Positions 25,701 through 40,100 of a stretch of 64,000 nt of DNA are shown one piece after another (the first letter of the stretch is position 1; each line of letters begins with the position of its first letter). A model generated the notes under the pieces. That model was not told where the DNA came from and ran no database searches. It worked only from the letters and a program-made list of their open reading frames with translations. This stretch comes from Acanthaster planci. Lineage: Eukaryota. The stretch is from positions 1,759,107 to 1,823,106 of the forward strand of contig NW_019091355.1 in NCBI RefSeq assembly GCF_001949145.1. Reading direction: 5' to 3'. Made by a program: the position numbers and the translations under genes.

Positions 25701-28095
25701 ACATTATTCATCACAATATTGTTTTCCCTTATTAAGTTAAAGGTACAAATGTAGGGCATGATAAACATAAATCTACTTACTAAAATTCGGGATATGTTCG
25801 TTTATCACAACTGCCGTCTGTGTTTGGATAAATTGACTCGACGAATGAGATTTTTGACATTTCTAAAAGATGTACACATGATAGTGGGCAGTAACTTTTC
25901 AAAGACATACAAAACCTTCAGTTTGAGACCACACAACTGAAGTGGGAGAAAAAGCTCTATTTTGTAATGACCCACTTCAGAGTGACACCACAGCCATCGA
26001 TTCCACAATGCTCATTGCTACACCATGTACCGTAATGCACCACCCATATTGCGTCCCATCTACTTGCACAACCATGACATTCAAAATGATCAAACAGTAA
26101 GAAGTCCTGACAACAGCCAAGTATATTTTGAATTGTCGACAGAAAATTTAAGGACAACACAGCAGGCTGAAAGTTGTTGCAAGCAATCCAAAGCAAACAT
26201 AATGGGGGGGGGTTACTGAATAAATTTCAGGCAATATGACAGTGAGCTTGACAGCTTCATAGCACAAGTCTCCGAGTCATCTGGATAAATAAACATTCAT
26301 CGGGATAGCTGTGCATCTGGCTTCTTGTGAATCACTAAGAAACTTGTAACACTGATCTAGTAAAACTGAGTCTTGCTGACAGTCTGGGTTTCCAAATGTT
26401 TACCATCGTGTAAGCATTTGGGAGTACATCTGTCATCAGGGGCAAATTTAATGGGGAAGATTTTAAACCAAAAATTGTGCTTTGATTATGCACTTACCAC
26501 AAAAAATCCAAGAACGTGTGGCAAGCAAATGAGCTTTATTCACAAGACAGCCAATTTGGATCATGCTCCCCGAACACTCTGAAATGGGAAGGTGCCTGAC
26601 TATTGTGTTGAAATGACAGGTGCACCCGGCCTCGCTTTGAACCTTTTTTGTCATTTGGGAAAAACACTAACATGACTTTTTATCACTCTTTTGAGAACAA
26701 GGACGGTTACAAAGGTTTGCCCTGTTACATAATTCCATTCCCACTTATATAAAGTTTTCAGAAATTTATAAGGGTATTACCAAGCTTTGAAGTTAAGAAG
26801 GCTGGTTTAAGAGTAAGGCCAAGTGACATTTTGCTGGTAGTCTTGTACTAAGCAAACTTCTATGCTCAAAGTTAAAAAACAGTCAGCCCCAGGTATCTAA
26901 ATCGGCAAACACGGTCTGTTCAATTTACCAAAGTAGCAGCTCAATACCACCTTTGGTGGCTTATCACAAACTCTTGTTTGATCGGACCACACTTTATCTA
27001 TTTCCAGTAAGGGTTTACGTTTTCCTCCACCCTACACAACTTCTATTGGATTTATGTATAGGCTGGGGGAAGAGCATTCCCCCTCCAGATATCAAACTGA
27101 TCATCTTACTCTAGAAACATAAACAAAGGGCATCACACGAAACCATATTTCTTTCGGTGTTTATTCTAAATGAATTACCTGGTCATTTTCAAAGCAATGC
27201 TGCACTTTGAATATGCTTCTTACAAAATCATTTAAATACACACAAATTTTAACTTATGGCAGCACAGAAGTTTTAGTTTCATGTGTCAATTTTTGTTTAC
27301 TTTTTTAGTACCCATCATTTGATATCAATTAGTAGTTTAATAAATTCATATATATTTCATCCCTGTGAATACACTAACTGGTGAAAATACATACTTTAAT
27401 CTATTCTTGTCAAACTATTTAGCTCAATCTTATTTACATTAAATACGTGAGGTGCCACATCATATGCACTGTTTGAAGGCATTTTGTTCACTATGAATTT
27501 GTTTCTAAGCAAGAATTGACACACTGAGCTTGAACAACAATAAGCACTACTGAATTAATGACTTCAATTTACCTGTAGACTTCTTGTAATATTTTGGCAA
27601 TACCTTTCTCTATCGTTCAAAGTAGCACACACATGCACTTAGGTAAGGCACTTTACAGTTTGTACCTATTAAATCCAGAAATCATGCTTGGGGCAAAAAA
27701 AACAACAAATTAGTGGGCCTCAAAGCTACAATTATGTACAGAACATCTCAAAGAAACATGCCTGCTTTATCATTATTGTATTGGGTTACATACGCATGAA
27801 CAAGTTAGGGATGGTATCTCAGCACATCCAAGAAGTGGGCATCATGGGAGTGCAGCTGAAATTGCACCTTCTTCATCTTCTAAAAATGCAACAGAGTGAG
27901 GGCCTTTCATTATCCCAGGCCTGCTGAGCAGAGACAAGATACAACTGGCATGACCTCTGGCCTCTGACCTTCAGGATAACCTTGACGCATGTTTACCTCG
28001 GGGATTCCTCTGGGAAAGCTCTGGCAGTTTTGTTACAGGTCAAAACACTAGATGATTTCTTTCAAGAGTGAAAGATAGGTTGAGGCTTCAGTTTT

Positions 28096-28104
28096 TCATG
28101 TTTC
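28096..28104 (-). CDS. SORBS: SORBS-family gene, probable terminal exon (ET-stop) followed by a long 3'UTR towards about 25.3 kb
   Basis: T-rich tract plus cccttacag|GAA ACA TGA; AT-rich UTR-like sequence downstream with ATTAAA on the - strand near 25340. Alternative: read-through of the 28516 donor to the stop at 28472. Confidence 0.5.
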   Translation of the reverse strand, partial: ET

Positions 28105-31100
28105 CTGTAAGGGATATGGCAGACACAAAAACAGCAAAAAACATATCAGAACATATAAAATACTAACCCTTCTAGGTCCTTCAAATCCACCGGCAGGTTA
28201 GCAGGATTTTGTACAATTCAAATAGACTGGACCAGGCCAATCTTTGTTTCACTAGGGGGCCCCACGTCACTTGGAAATTAAAGTACAAGGAATGTGCCAT
28301 TAAGTTCCTGAACTGCCGTATGTTCAGGAGGATTCAGGAAGTTCATGAGATGCCTTGGCAAGAGGGGTTAGTTTATGGAGACAGACAAATCCTCAAATTC
28401 AACATCTGCGAGTTAAAAGACTAACTCTACAGCAGAGCTCATTCTGCAGTGCACTGGATTAAACGCAGCCTTTACATGTACTGCAAACACAAAGGAACAG
28501 AACAGAATTCCGTTACCTGTTTGTAGACGTAGTTTCCGGGGAAGGTGCCAAACATTCCAGTTCTCTCTGACATTCCGACAAACCAACCGTCATCGCATTT
28601 CTCAAGGACGTTCACCAAGTCTCCTTCCTGCAGCTCAATCTCATCCTCGTTCTGCGGCATGTAGGCAAACGAGGCCACATAGCTGCAAAGAATCACCAAA
28701 TTATCCACTGAAGAGAATTCGATATAGGAAAGGAATAGATGGAAGAGTAGCGAGAGGAGGCATGGAGAATGCATCCAAGCTGAAGCTGGGTCCTCGTCCA
28801 AGCCCACCAAGTTTGGCAGACTAAGGGGACTAAAACAAACAGTGGACCAGTAGAAATGAAGCCTGATTGCAAGACAGTGTGTTCTTGGTATTCATGCTCT
28901 TGATGGTGGGTAGGAATCTGAGAAATGGGAGAAAAAGAATGCCAAAGTGTCCAAAAGGTTTTACGTTTCTTACAAGTGCCAGGCTACCAACACTCACATT
29001 TCTAAATGTGTTCACCGACGAACTCTGCAGTCAATACAGCTTCAGGACTTTGGCAAGATTCCTACTTTACCATCTTAAATTTAGCATTATTGGGGACCAG
29101 GAAAAGAATTGTCCATCCTCTTTTTCAACCAGTTTTTGTTATGAAATTTTTTGTAAACAACTTTTCAGTCCACAGCTTGGAAACACGGAAATACGTGGTC
29201 ATTTCCCCATACCAATGCACCTGATCATGCAGGCACAAGTTTAAGGCATCCCAAGCGATTCTGAAGGATCTTCAGAATCGGTCTATGATTGATAAGTGTC
29301 AAGGGCTTCCAACAGATGTACTGCGTGTCCTTGGTAGACCAGAGTTCGGACATTTGGCGCTCTACATAAAATCCTCATGGCCGGTTTGAGATCCCCCTAT
29401 AGACCCACCAAACTTGCACACCATCTGTCATCAAAGCCCAGCCAGGCAACTCAGTCTGCGCCTTCGCCTAGCAAGGCTACTGAGAGATCTTGAGACTCCA
29501 ACAAATTCTTTGTAAATGCAATAGTTCCGTGCAAACGCATGTTGCATTCTTTGAATGCCATTGCATTTAAATTACCTACATTCCAACACAACGTGGAGTT
29601 GTACTGATTTCCACAGTCCCTCAAAAGTCAAAAAGCCTCTTAAACTGTGCTTGTAGGCTCTTAAAAATACCTCAACTCATCAATTTTAAAAACAGACACA
29701 AGAACATCGGAAAACAAAAAGAGAGTACTCACAGATCTTGAGCGGCTGCAAGTGTCCTACTAGGCTGTAGTATAAAATTAGAAATGTTAAGTGTTGACAA
29801 TGATGCCTGGAGAGAAGTTTTCAATGCACTTCAACTGCATGACAGGTAAAAAGCAGATTATATACTGCATTTGTTATTACTTGGGCCCTTGCCACCATTT
29901 GGGGGAAGATACATGTAATTGGAGAACCCGTTTTGGTTTAACCTTTTAAATAACTTTCACTTTACTAGATCAGTCACTAAAAAGAGCTTCAAATCGGAAC
30001 TTTTCATTTTAAACTATCCACCAGGTGAGTGCAGACAAGGGCTACATAGGCCAGAAGGGTTAGATAGGATGAGGCTAGGGATAATCATGGAGTGCGGTCA
30101 GGGAACCAGGGTAGGGTGGAAAGAGGTGGGGGCGGGTGCCATGGGGTGGGAAGCAGTAAACAAAAGTTTGGATACATTTTTACGTTTCTTTTGAGTACAT
30201 GTGATACAATACATCCAATTTAGGTGGTCATTTACCTTAGGAGCATGCTCTTCAAAGTATCGCTCAGGCTCCCTCTGGCTACTACCGTACGAGCCTTGAC
30301 TACCAGATGATCCCAAAGACGACCTCCCCGCTTGGCTGCTTGGTGCGGCCTGCAGTCTCTGCTGATGCTTGGGACTGGACTGTGTCATTTGCTGGCTGGA
30401 GGGTTGATAAGGTGTGTGACTCGTTGTTGCTTGACTTTTCCCAGACGGGGAACTTGTGACACCTTTATGTAAGGTATGAACATATGCACCATCAATAGTT
30501 ACCTATTATATGAGTACAATTAACATCTTTCTTGACAACAATGAGAATATTCTATTCTCTAATACAATCACTGTGAAATATAGTTCAGTCACTACAGTTA
30601 AGTGTCACTGTTCTTCACTGCATGGTCATAAACTTACATTTTAAGGACTTCACTTTTCACTGTAGACAGTTTTAAGAAGTCTAAAAACTCTTTTATAACT
30701 CAGGCTTTTCATTATATCTACAAATTCAAGGGCATCATATCGCTAAAGATGCAAATCTCATCAGACTGCTAAAGTAATCTTCACAGTGACCTCTTGATCT
30801 TGTGCAGTTCACAAAAACCTCCTACCTGAAAATGCCATTCAAGTTTGCTTAACTGTTCGGATGTCTGCTAAACATAAATGATGGCCACAAGGGAATACTT
30901 ATGGAAAAGATATCATCGGGAGTACCTGGTTTGGAATATATCTCAGTGGCAATGTGTTAACACTCCAGTAGTAATGGTACATGTACTTTTTGATAGACAG
31001 CATACAAATAGTGATTGCAAGAAATGTCCCTTTAGAGGGCTATTGGATGCTGAAAGTGTCAAGCATAGTTGAGTAAACAGTCACTATGCATACTGTTCAG

Positions 31101-34100
31101 AAGTACTCAAGGCAGTTTGAGTATAATTATGAGTACTTCAGAGTGCCTAAACTGTCAAAGTTTAAGACAGACTGCACCATCTCACTGAATGGAGTAATCA
31201 CTTACTTCCAAGATCTTCCTTCATCACCACAATGACAGGGAAAAGATTCTTGTAATATTGCCCACTTCATGATTTTCAATTATCAACATTTTTGAAATCA
31301 TAAACAATAGCTCCTCCACATGAGTAAGTCTCCCTCTTCCTTTCATGTCATCATTATCACAAAGCAATTATTAAACACACTCCTTTTTTTATTTATTGGA
31401 CCTCTACGACAATTAATCTAGAACCCACGCCAAAATATCCGAGAGTTTTTGGGGATGAATGCACCAGGTTGAGAGAGCAGTTTGTGGTAGGTTATTTCTC
31501 AACAGAACAGGAACAAGGTTGCTTTGACAACCTTGGTAGGTACACTCTATTACCCACGATAAATTTGGAAGAAATTAGTAGTACAGCTGTCATTCGTAAA
31601 TGTACAAAACTTGTCTGTGATTCTACCAGGTATTTGAAGAAACCCCCAAACCAAGACAGCCTCTTAATATTCACAGTAAATGTCAAACAGTGAACAGTCC
31701 CCCACCAGCAGGGAAAAAAAACTCAGCCAAAAAAGTCAATGCCATTGGCATATGCTGTCCTGTGGCTGCTGACTAGTATACATGTACCACAATTCAGTGC
31801 AGGTCTCTGGCTCCAGAAGCACTGCAACATTTCTCATAATGTCCCATAATGAGCCTTCAAGGTTCTGGCTCAGTGGTACCCAGATAAAATAACTGGCATG
31901 GTTGAGGGACCTTCACAAAACATCACTGGTTAAGAGCAGGCACGCACTGTGATTGATGCTTGGAAGGTACATGTAAGAAGTACAGCCCACTGCATTCAAC
32001 CGCCTTTGATGGAGATGTCAGGCCTTATTGTATATCATGGTGAGTCATATTGAAACTTGAATGATAATTGGATGTTCCTTGTCATTATTTCCAATGAATT
32101 TCAATTTACATGAACATTTACAAAGTTTATTAGACAGTAGCATAACCGGAGTGCCAGAAGTGAGTTATTCATATTTTGCTACATTACTGTTATTACAACA
32201 TGCTGACAGCAACAATTGCTTTGAGATTGTAAAGCAAGATACCACTTGATTAGAATAATTCCTTGCACTCACTTCATAGAATGGATGACAAAATAAATCT
32301 GACAGATACATAGAAGGGAAATGAAATGAGCACAATTCAACACTTTTAATGACAATAATGTTTAATACAGACCTTAATGTTGGCATAAAATTGAAAATAG
32401 GAAAGCAGGGGTCAGAATGGTTGAAAGTGAACATATCATAATCAATTGCACATTAAGAAATGTCAAATGATGTCTCAGTTGCCCTTTAAAAATGTTGCCA
32501 CCAGTGAGAGTTCAGAGGTCATGGCCAACCTTTCCAACCAGGGGACTAATGAAAAAGCTCAAATTTACTGAATGACAATCACTGATTTGTTTACAATGTT
32601 CTGCAACATTACTGGTTACTTGCACGTAGGCTACGGCAGAAAGATGCTGGGAAAACAGGGAATACAATGCTATGCCTACAGGCTGTTGGTATGGGTGACG
32701 GGTGTGGGTTATGTGTTTGCTTGTGGACGTCGTTTGTTTGGTTTTCACTGCAGTTTGGAAATGTTCCGCTTCTCTGTACAGGGTATGGTAATGTCTCAGG
32801 AAAGCATAAGAAGCCTGCAGCAAGGGTTGGCCAACAGGAAAGTGATGATGTGGACTGCCAAAAATTGATTTTGATGTTTTAGTGTGCCATTTCGAAGATT
32901 AGAAATGGAACTTTATAATTTGGTGTATGTATGTACAAGCATTCTTAGTGTATTTTAAATTTGGAGGAGTAAATGAATCTAGATCCTTAAACAGGATCAA
33001 AAGGACTTCAACTAGGGTTACAGAAACCAGTGTTGTAGCCAGGACCCTTTCAGACCATCACACCAGCACACAAGACCATCAGAGACCATTGCCAAACCTC
33101 CAGTCAGTATTCAAGTCACAGGCTATTCAAATGAAGTGCACGAAAAGCATTCGTTTGTCACTGGTATCCAGTTACTTGTGACTGGTCTTGTGCATGGTCT
33201 CAACAACAACACCGCGACAACACAAGTGAAATTACTCATTACATGTTTTATTCATTTAGCGTATTTTGCAGTTAAATCACAGTGCTCATGTTAAGCACCA
33301 CAAAAAAACCAGGTCCCTGATTGTGCAACAGTGGATCACGTTTCTCTCATGCTCCCATCACTCTCCGCAACGGCCTGGATCCACTTTTCGCTTTATCATG
33401 TTTGAAATCTAGCACACCGATCTCACCCACAATGCCTTGGGTTTGACATTTCAGCACCTGAGAGAGCTGTATAAAACCTGCAGTGCCTCCCCTCATCTGT
33501 GCCTAGTCTGTCAGCTGGAAGGGTTCGGGCCAAATTGTTCCGCATTTAATGTTTGCTACAGGAGCTTGGAATTATTTTCAAATGTCACAAGGCCCAGAGG
33601 GCCAGTCCAATTGATCAGATTGTTATTCTTTCATCTGCATGGAGAAAAAACTGCTGGTCTGTGGTTGATGATGGCCAAACCTAGATTGGTGTGAACAATG
33701 TATAACAATACCAGCACTCGAAGGTTTGAAGTAAGGCCAAAGGGGTAAGGGAAATGGAGTTATGCACCATTACTCACCAGAGGAAGTTAAAGGGACTTTC
33801 ATGTCACTGATTGATTGCAGAGTGCCTCTGAGGCAATGCTAATGGAAAGGCTGTCATGGTGCTGGATTCTTGGAAGCACATTAGAGGAACTATTCAGTAT
33901 GGCCTAGAATACATATTGGCCAAGTCCCCCTTGGGTCGTAATGGTGATTCAGAAAGTCACTTTTTGGCAGAGCTGTACTCTGTACTCAAATAGAGCCTTA
34001 GTATGAACATCGCTTGGATACACTCTGTTGCATCACAGCAAAACAAAATTCAGTACATGTATCCCTAACTGCACATCTGGCCAGTGGATCAGAAACCAGG

Positions 34101-37100
34101 ATTTCTGGCTGAAGAAAGATTGACTTTCCTGATTTACAAAAAACCCAACACTGGCTAAAAACTGACTGTTTCCGGGACATTAAAATGGTATCACACCATG
34201 GAATCAAGCCGGGCACAAATGGCATAATGGCTATTGTGTGACTTGAAGTTGTGCAGTTCAAACCCAGCTTACATGTACATGCATGTCTGGCAAGATGACT
34301 CTTAACTACAATTGCCTCTCTCCACCTAGGAGTTCAAATGAGGTACCAGCCAGGGCGGGGAATAGAACTTGAGCTGCAGCATTAAGGACTTATTGCTTGG
34401 CCAGACAGGGGTAGTAAGTTGGAAACCCTTTGAAGTCTTCATACAAAAGCACTGCGCCCACCATATTAAAGGCATTTATTACATCCCCCAGGGGAACTGA
34501 TCCAGAGCAAATGTCAAAACTTACGGCCCAGAAAGAGAGCTGTGCCACTGTCGGTAGTATGTCTGGTCACTCTGGTGGCATTATCTGTGTATGTTATTTC
34601 TTCTGACCCACTTTATTTGTACAGTACATGAGGCAATGAAATATATAAACAGGAAAATAAACATGTATACCACCTTATCTGTAGAAATTCCTACTCCTTG
34701 TTACCAAGTGCTAATATGAGACAGGCTAATTTTGCAAAACAACACAAAAATGTATTTGTTGGCTAATACAGACAGGTAAATGTAAGAAACGAGAAAGGAT
34801 TAAAAAAATCTAAGTCTAGAAAGACTGAGCAGTGTTGTGGTTTAATTTGTGATGAGACGTGGAAACTCAAAAACAAATCTGAAAGCTGATCTAAGGTAAA
34901 AATTTATGCCTGCTGATACTGTACATGTACCAAGAAACCTGACACTTTGGGCCAACAAGTTACAATTTCTCAACAAACTACATGCTCTTTGTATTCTTTC
35001 AGCTTGGCACTGATATTGTTGTTTTAGACAGCATGGCTGATGCTTGCCGGGCAGTATGATTAAAATCAGCGCTAAAATGTCTTTGGGTGTTGGACCTCCG
35101 AAGGCCGGTGCTAAAAAAGACCAAGGTCCCACATTCCAGTGTATTAGAATTCAGCAAGCACCAATGTCTCTGAATGCTAAACAGTTATCTAAGGCAAAAA
35201 AGGGAAAAATGTTGACCAGGTTTCCTGGGGAGATTGTTACGAACTGGAGGAGACCAAATTTCCTAAACTTATCCGGATTTCATCCCTGACATGAGTGGGA
35301 GGAAAGGGAATGAGCTGGAGAGCCGAGCACCGTGGGCCGTCCCTTGTAAGCTAATCAAGCAATCAGACCGAGCCAAGCAGCTACCAAAGCTGTTTATGGC
35401 CAAAAGAGTCTGCCTCGCCTCGGCATTCCCCGCAGACGTTGGAATGTCAAACAGCCCAGGATTGCTGGCTATGCTGGCCAGACTGGCCATCACTGAACAC
35501 CAGAGGGGGCTGTGCAGATCTAACAGTATCCAAGCAACCTCGTCGTCAAGAGTTCTTTCTTCAGCAGAAACCTTAGAACACATACGTGCAGATGAAAAGT
35601 TTGCACGTAAACCCAATCTCAGATCGAAGCACATTAACATAATCACGTCATATTTTCATTTCTGGGTATACGGTACATTACCTCCCAAAGCAATTTGCTG
35701 CACCCTGTAAAAACCTGATCCCCAATATGCTACCAGTACATTTACATATAAAGACAAACAGGCTTTTCATTGCAATTTCTGTTATTTGCTCGTCCATGTT
35801 ACTTCTGGTCGAGCTCAGGCGGCCTGTTCTTGACACGGGTTTCTTCTTCTCGCACTTGAGTGGCCGGAACATGACTCAAGAGCACTGTTCTTGGAACAGG
35901 ATGCACACACCACCTCCTTGTCAGGGTTTTACAGGAAAAATGCGGAAAAACTCGCGAGATTTTGATTTTTGAACAGCCACAAAAAGTATACAGATGGCTT
36001 CCAAAGCCAGAGACTGTGGAAAGTTTTTGCAAAATTAACATAAATTATTTTCCATAACACAGAAATGAATGTTCCTGTTTAAATAGAAAAGAATTCATTT
36101 CACCCATACATTAACTCTCGAATAAAGTACATGGATGCGGCCATGTTGCATGCTGGTTGCCACTAACTACAGCAATAACTGGTTGTTTGTTCCTAGCGTT
36201 CCAGCAGCAGACCCACGAAACAAATCAAGTTGTTCGTGAACATACGAGAACAAGCCGCCCAAACTCAGCCTATGCTTCTGGTCATTTCCTCTTGTGCAAG
36301 ATCATATCAAAACTAAACATGTTTCTCAAAGACTATCAAGTTATAAAAACTAAACACTTTTTGCATGAAAATGGGAAAATAGAAACTTAATAATTTCACC
36401 CCAAATTTGAAGTGGCTTCATTCCGGCACTGGCTTTGTCTATATACATGTAGGCATATCATTGACGCATCGCCACTCAAATGCACTCATACATCTTGTGC
36501 AGTTATAAAGTAAATGGAATCTTAGTGTCCATTTAAGACAAAAACAGTCCGATTTATGTATATCTATTCACCCATGAATTAGCAGTTTATAAATACTACT
36601 TGGATATGCCGACATCTCACAGGCTTTCAAGTGCTCCTCTATAACAAGTTTAGGGCAATGACGAGAATGATAAACTAGAAGCCAGTGAAAGTGCAAGTAG
36701 TACTACAAAGCCCTATCTGCAGGAAACGTGGTTAAGTGTCTTGTATGATCGAAACCACAGGATTCCCAGAAAACCACAGAATTCCCAGGGTAGGGAGCCA
36801 ACAAACCGCAGCAACTTCCTCCAGATTCTCGCAGACCAGGAGACGTACATTAAAACCAGTTCATCACAGGCAAGGGTCATCATGAAAGATACTGTTGCAA
36901 TTTGGAACTGCCTGAAACCATTTGGCAGGGTAGATGGCTTCTTTGGCATGATGAATACGTATATATCCACACACCTACAGATATACAATGTTTTCCGAGG
37001 GAAATGGCTCATCCATATGTGCTGGGGTACCATATGGATTTTTCAGTTAAAAGTTCAAGAAATTAATTAGATACTTCAACTATATACCGGGAAATTTTAT

Positions 37101-40100
37101 GTAGGGCATGCAGTACTGGCAAAAATGAACAGCACGTTGTTTTCTTGATACTCCCTTAGCAAGTGGGTTACAGAAGTAAGTGCACAGTATTTTTCGTCTG
37201 CGGTGGAGAATATAAAATAAATTATCTAACCCACAAATGCAGGCTATTTGACAAATGCATCTAAAATGTGAGGGTGTGAGGTTCAATAGTTTAGGACCAG
37301 AAATTGTTAATTTAAAACTTGGGATTCAGGAACAATGCAAGCACTGAAAAAACTGATAAAAAATGCAACCAAAGAGTTGATATATAAAAAGGAATTGATT
37401 AAGATGGCCAAAGATAATATGTTGCAAACATCCACTTTTCAACTCTTACACACATATACAAAAAACAGCCGCAGTTCACTGGCAGGACACCTGAAAGAGA
37501 AACAGGGAGCATAATTTGGGGCTTCCAGAGCAGCAGTCATATTTCAGAAAAAACAAATGACAGAACACCCCTTTACCAAATGAATCAGTCCCAATGTTGT
37601 ATCTTACCTGTAGGTTCTCGGAGCACTTCCACGTAAGCGGCAGGGAAGATTCCTTTTCTGTCTCCAATGTACCCCTCCCACCAGTTGGCATCAACCTTCT
37701 TGATGAGCACTATGTACTCTCCCTAGTTTGGAGATGAACATAAAAAATAGAGCAGTTTACAATGTGTTCCTTTTCTGAAAAAGAACACAGGACGAGCCTG
37801 AAATGTCTACTGTCTGCGCATCCGTGAGTGAAGAACTCGACCTGGATCTAGACAATGGATTTGCATGCATCCACCAAAAACAAAGAAACACACGATGATA
37901 CTTTTCTTAAAGAGACTGGTTTCTTTTTACTCACATCAAAAGAGCAGAATTTTGGGTCATCAAAAAGCCGAGGTGAGACTGAAGAACTAAAATGCTCCAT
38001 GAATCTTTGAGACCCAAACGACAGTAATTACGATCAGCTTTCAGTGGCTAATACGGCAAAGTTTTCACCCAAATGGCTACGACTGTGTAAATGATGCAAT
38101 TGGGGTTTTTTAGAGTAAAAAGTGAAAACAGTGGCAAAACCTGCAAGGTGGAACCTCTGAAAAATTCTGAGAAAAATCCTGAAATCCAGAAAAATCCTGA
38201 GGTATCACATGCCTGTTAAGAAAGACATGAGATTTCACAACTCGACCTACTCGGGCTGCTTGAGCACAATCTACTGTGGGTACTTACTGGTACAAAGCAG
38301 TTGTGAAAGAGTTATGAGTACTTGTGAAGCACTCGACCACACCCCTAAAACTCACCTTGTTGAAGCTGAGTTCCATCTGTGTCTCACCGTTAAACCTGTA
38401 CTTGGCCCTAGCCTTGCCCTCCAAACCTGGTCCGTGGATCTGAGCCCTCTTGGCATCTTCAAGGGAGGTGACAACCTGGCAAATCAAGTAGCTTGTCGAA
38501 TAAGTTACATTAGAAACTGACTGCAATTGTTAACTTTAAGATTATGGAACAAACTAGCGGAATGAAAACTGAAGCAGGATTTCAAACTTCAAAAAAAAAA
38601 GCCCAACATGAGATTAGATAACCTTGATCAAAGAGTACTGACTTACATGAGTTCAAACCATAACCCGAGAATATTGACTGGGAGCAAGTTTCAAACCATC
38701 AGCAAAAGGATTGACAAAAATGAGATAAGTGGATTGTACCTTCAACACAACAAATTGTTAATGTCCTGTCAACTGTGATGGGTCCAATTTGATAGAGCTG
38801 TTAAGCACAAAATTTGTTAAGCTTGAAAAAACCTTGCTTGACAAATCAGGTTACCAGCCAAAATTCTGTGTGATGTACATTGTTTTGGAATGGCATTCAC
38901 CTGCCTTTTGGTTAGCATGACTATTACAAAGATTTTGAGCTGGTAACCTTTGTGTTTTAAGCAAGGTTTTTGTGCTGAAGCGGTTCTATGAAATTGGCTC
39001 CTGGTTTTAGACCTGGATATTTGACTTTGTGCACAATTACCCTACAGCTACAGTACAAGAGTGATGATTCCTCACACAGATGCTTTAGTGTCACTTGGTA
39101 TTTGTCTCAGACTGCAAAACGAAACCTCCAAGTTTCTTCATTTGTGTTCAACAATTTGGGTCTTCGGCTTGCTACGTTTTCTTTCCAAAGCTGGCCGGTT
39201 CCCTTACCTCCACATAGCTGGACGGAAAGATCCCTGCATGGCCGTGGTGTTCCCCCTCGAACCAGTTCTTGTCAATCTTCCGCAGGAGATAGATGATGTC
39301 TCCCTTCCCGAAACTCAATTCCCTTCAGGAATAAATAGCAAAGTGTGCATGTCAATGCCATGAACATGCATCTAACCAAGACATCTCGAATAGTTCTCAA
39401 CACTGCAACTGAACCAACAGCAGGAGACAACAGCAGGGAACACAAGAGTTGATCACAAATGTGTAGCTAATTAATCATCTTAAGCACTACTCACTTGTGC
39501 GTCTGTGCTTTGAAGGGGTAAAGCGCGATGGCACATGCTCGAACCTGAAAAGAAAGAGAGAAAAAAGCATTCTGGGTAACGTCCAGGTGATTCTGTACTT
39601 TAAGCAGCACTCTAAAAACTGGGTGTAGGTTTCCCTCCAAGTGTCATTCTTGCTCTGTCCCCTGACTCATCCTCATCAACATCAATCATTCTCAGCCGCA
39701 CCCATCCTTTCCATCCCGGTCTGATCCCCCTCTCCTCACCTCTTGCTTGCGGCCATCCTCTTTGGCGCTGATGACCGGATCTCGGAACCTCTCGTTGGTG
39801 ATGATGGGGGACTTGAGGGGCGTGTAGTCCGAGTGCCGTCGCTGTCTCTGCTCCTCCGCTAAGAGTTGCTCCCTCTTCTTCCTCTCCTCCTCGATTAGCT
39901 TCTGAAAAAAACCCACAAATGTCAGTTGTCTAACCCTACAGGGTCCGCAAAAAAAAATGCACTGCAAGTGATCACGGGCTAAATCAGTAAGTGATGGAGG
40001 ATATCCATCAACTTGATATTTTACATTCATAGAGGCCCTCAGATGGACTGGCACTTGCAAACCACAATGTCCCCCCGAACTTCAACATCCACAAAAAGCA

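Noticed and set aside
34210..34270. tRNA gene
   Set aside because: A and B boxes are present but there is no cloverleaf, and a SINE-like body follows.
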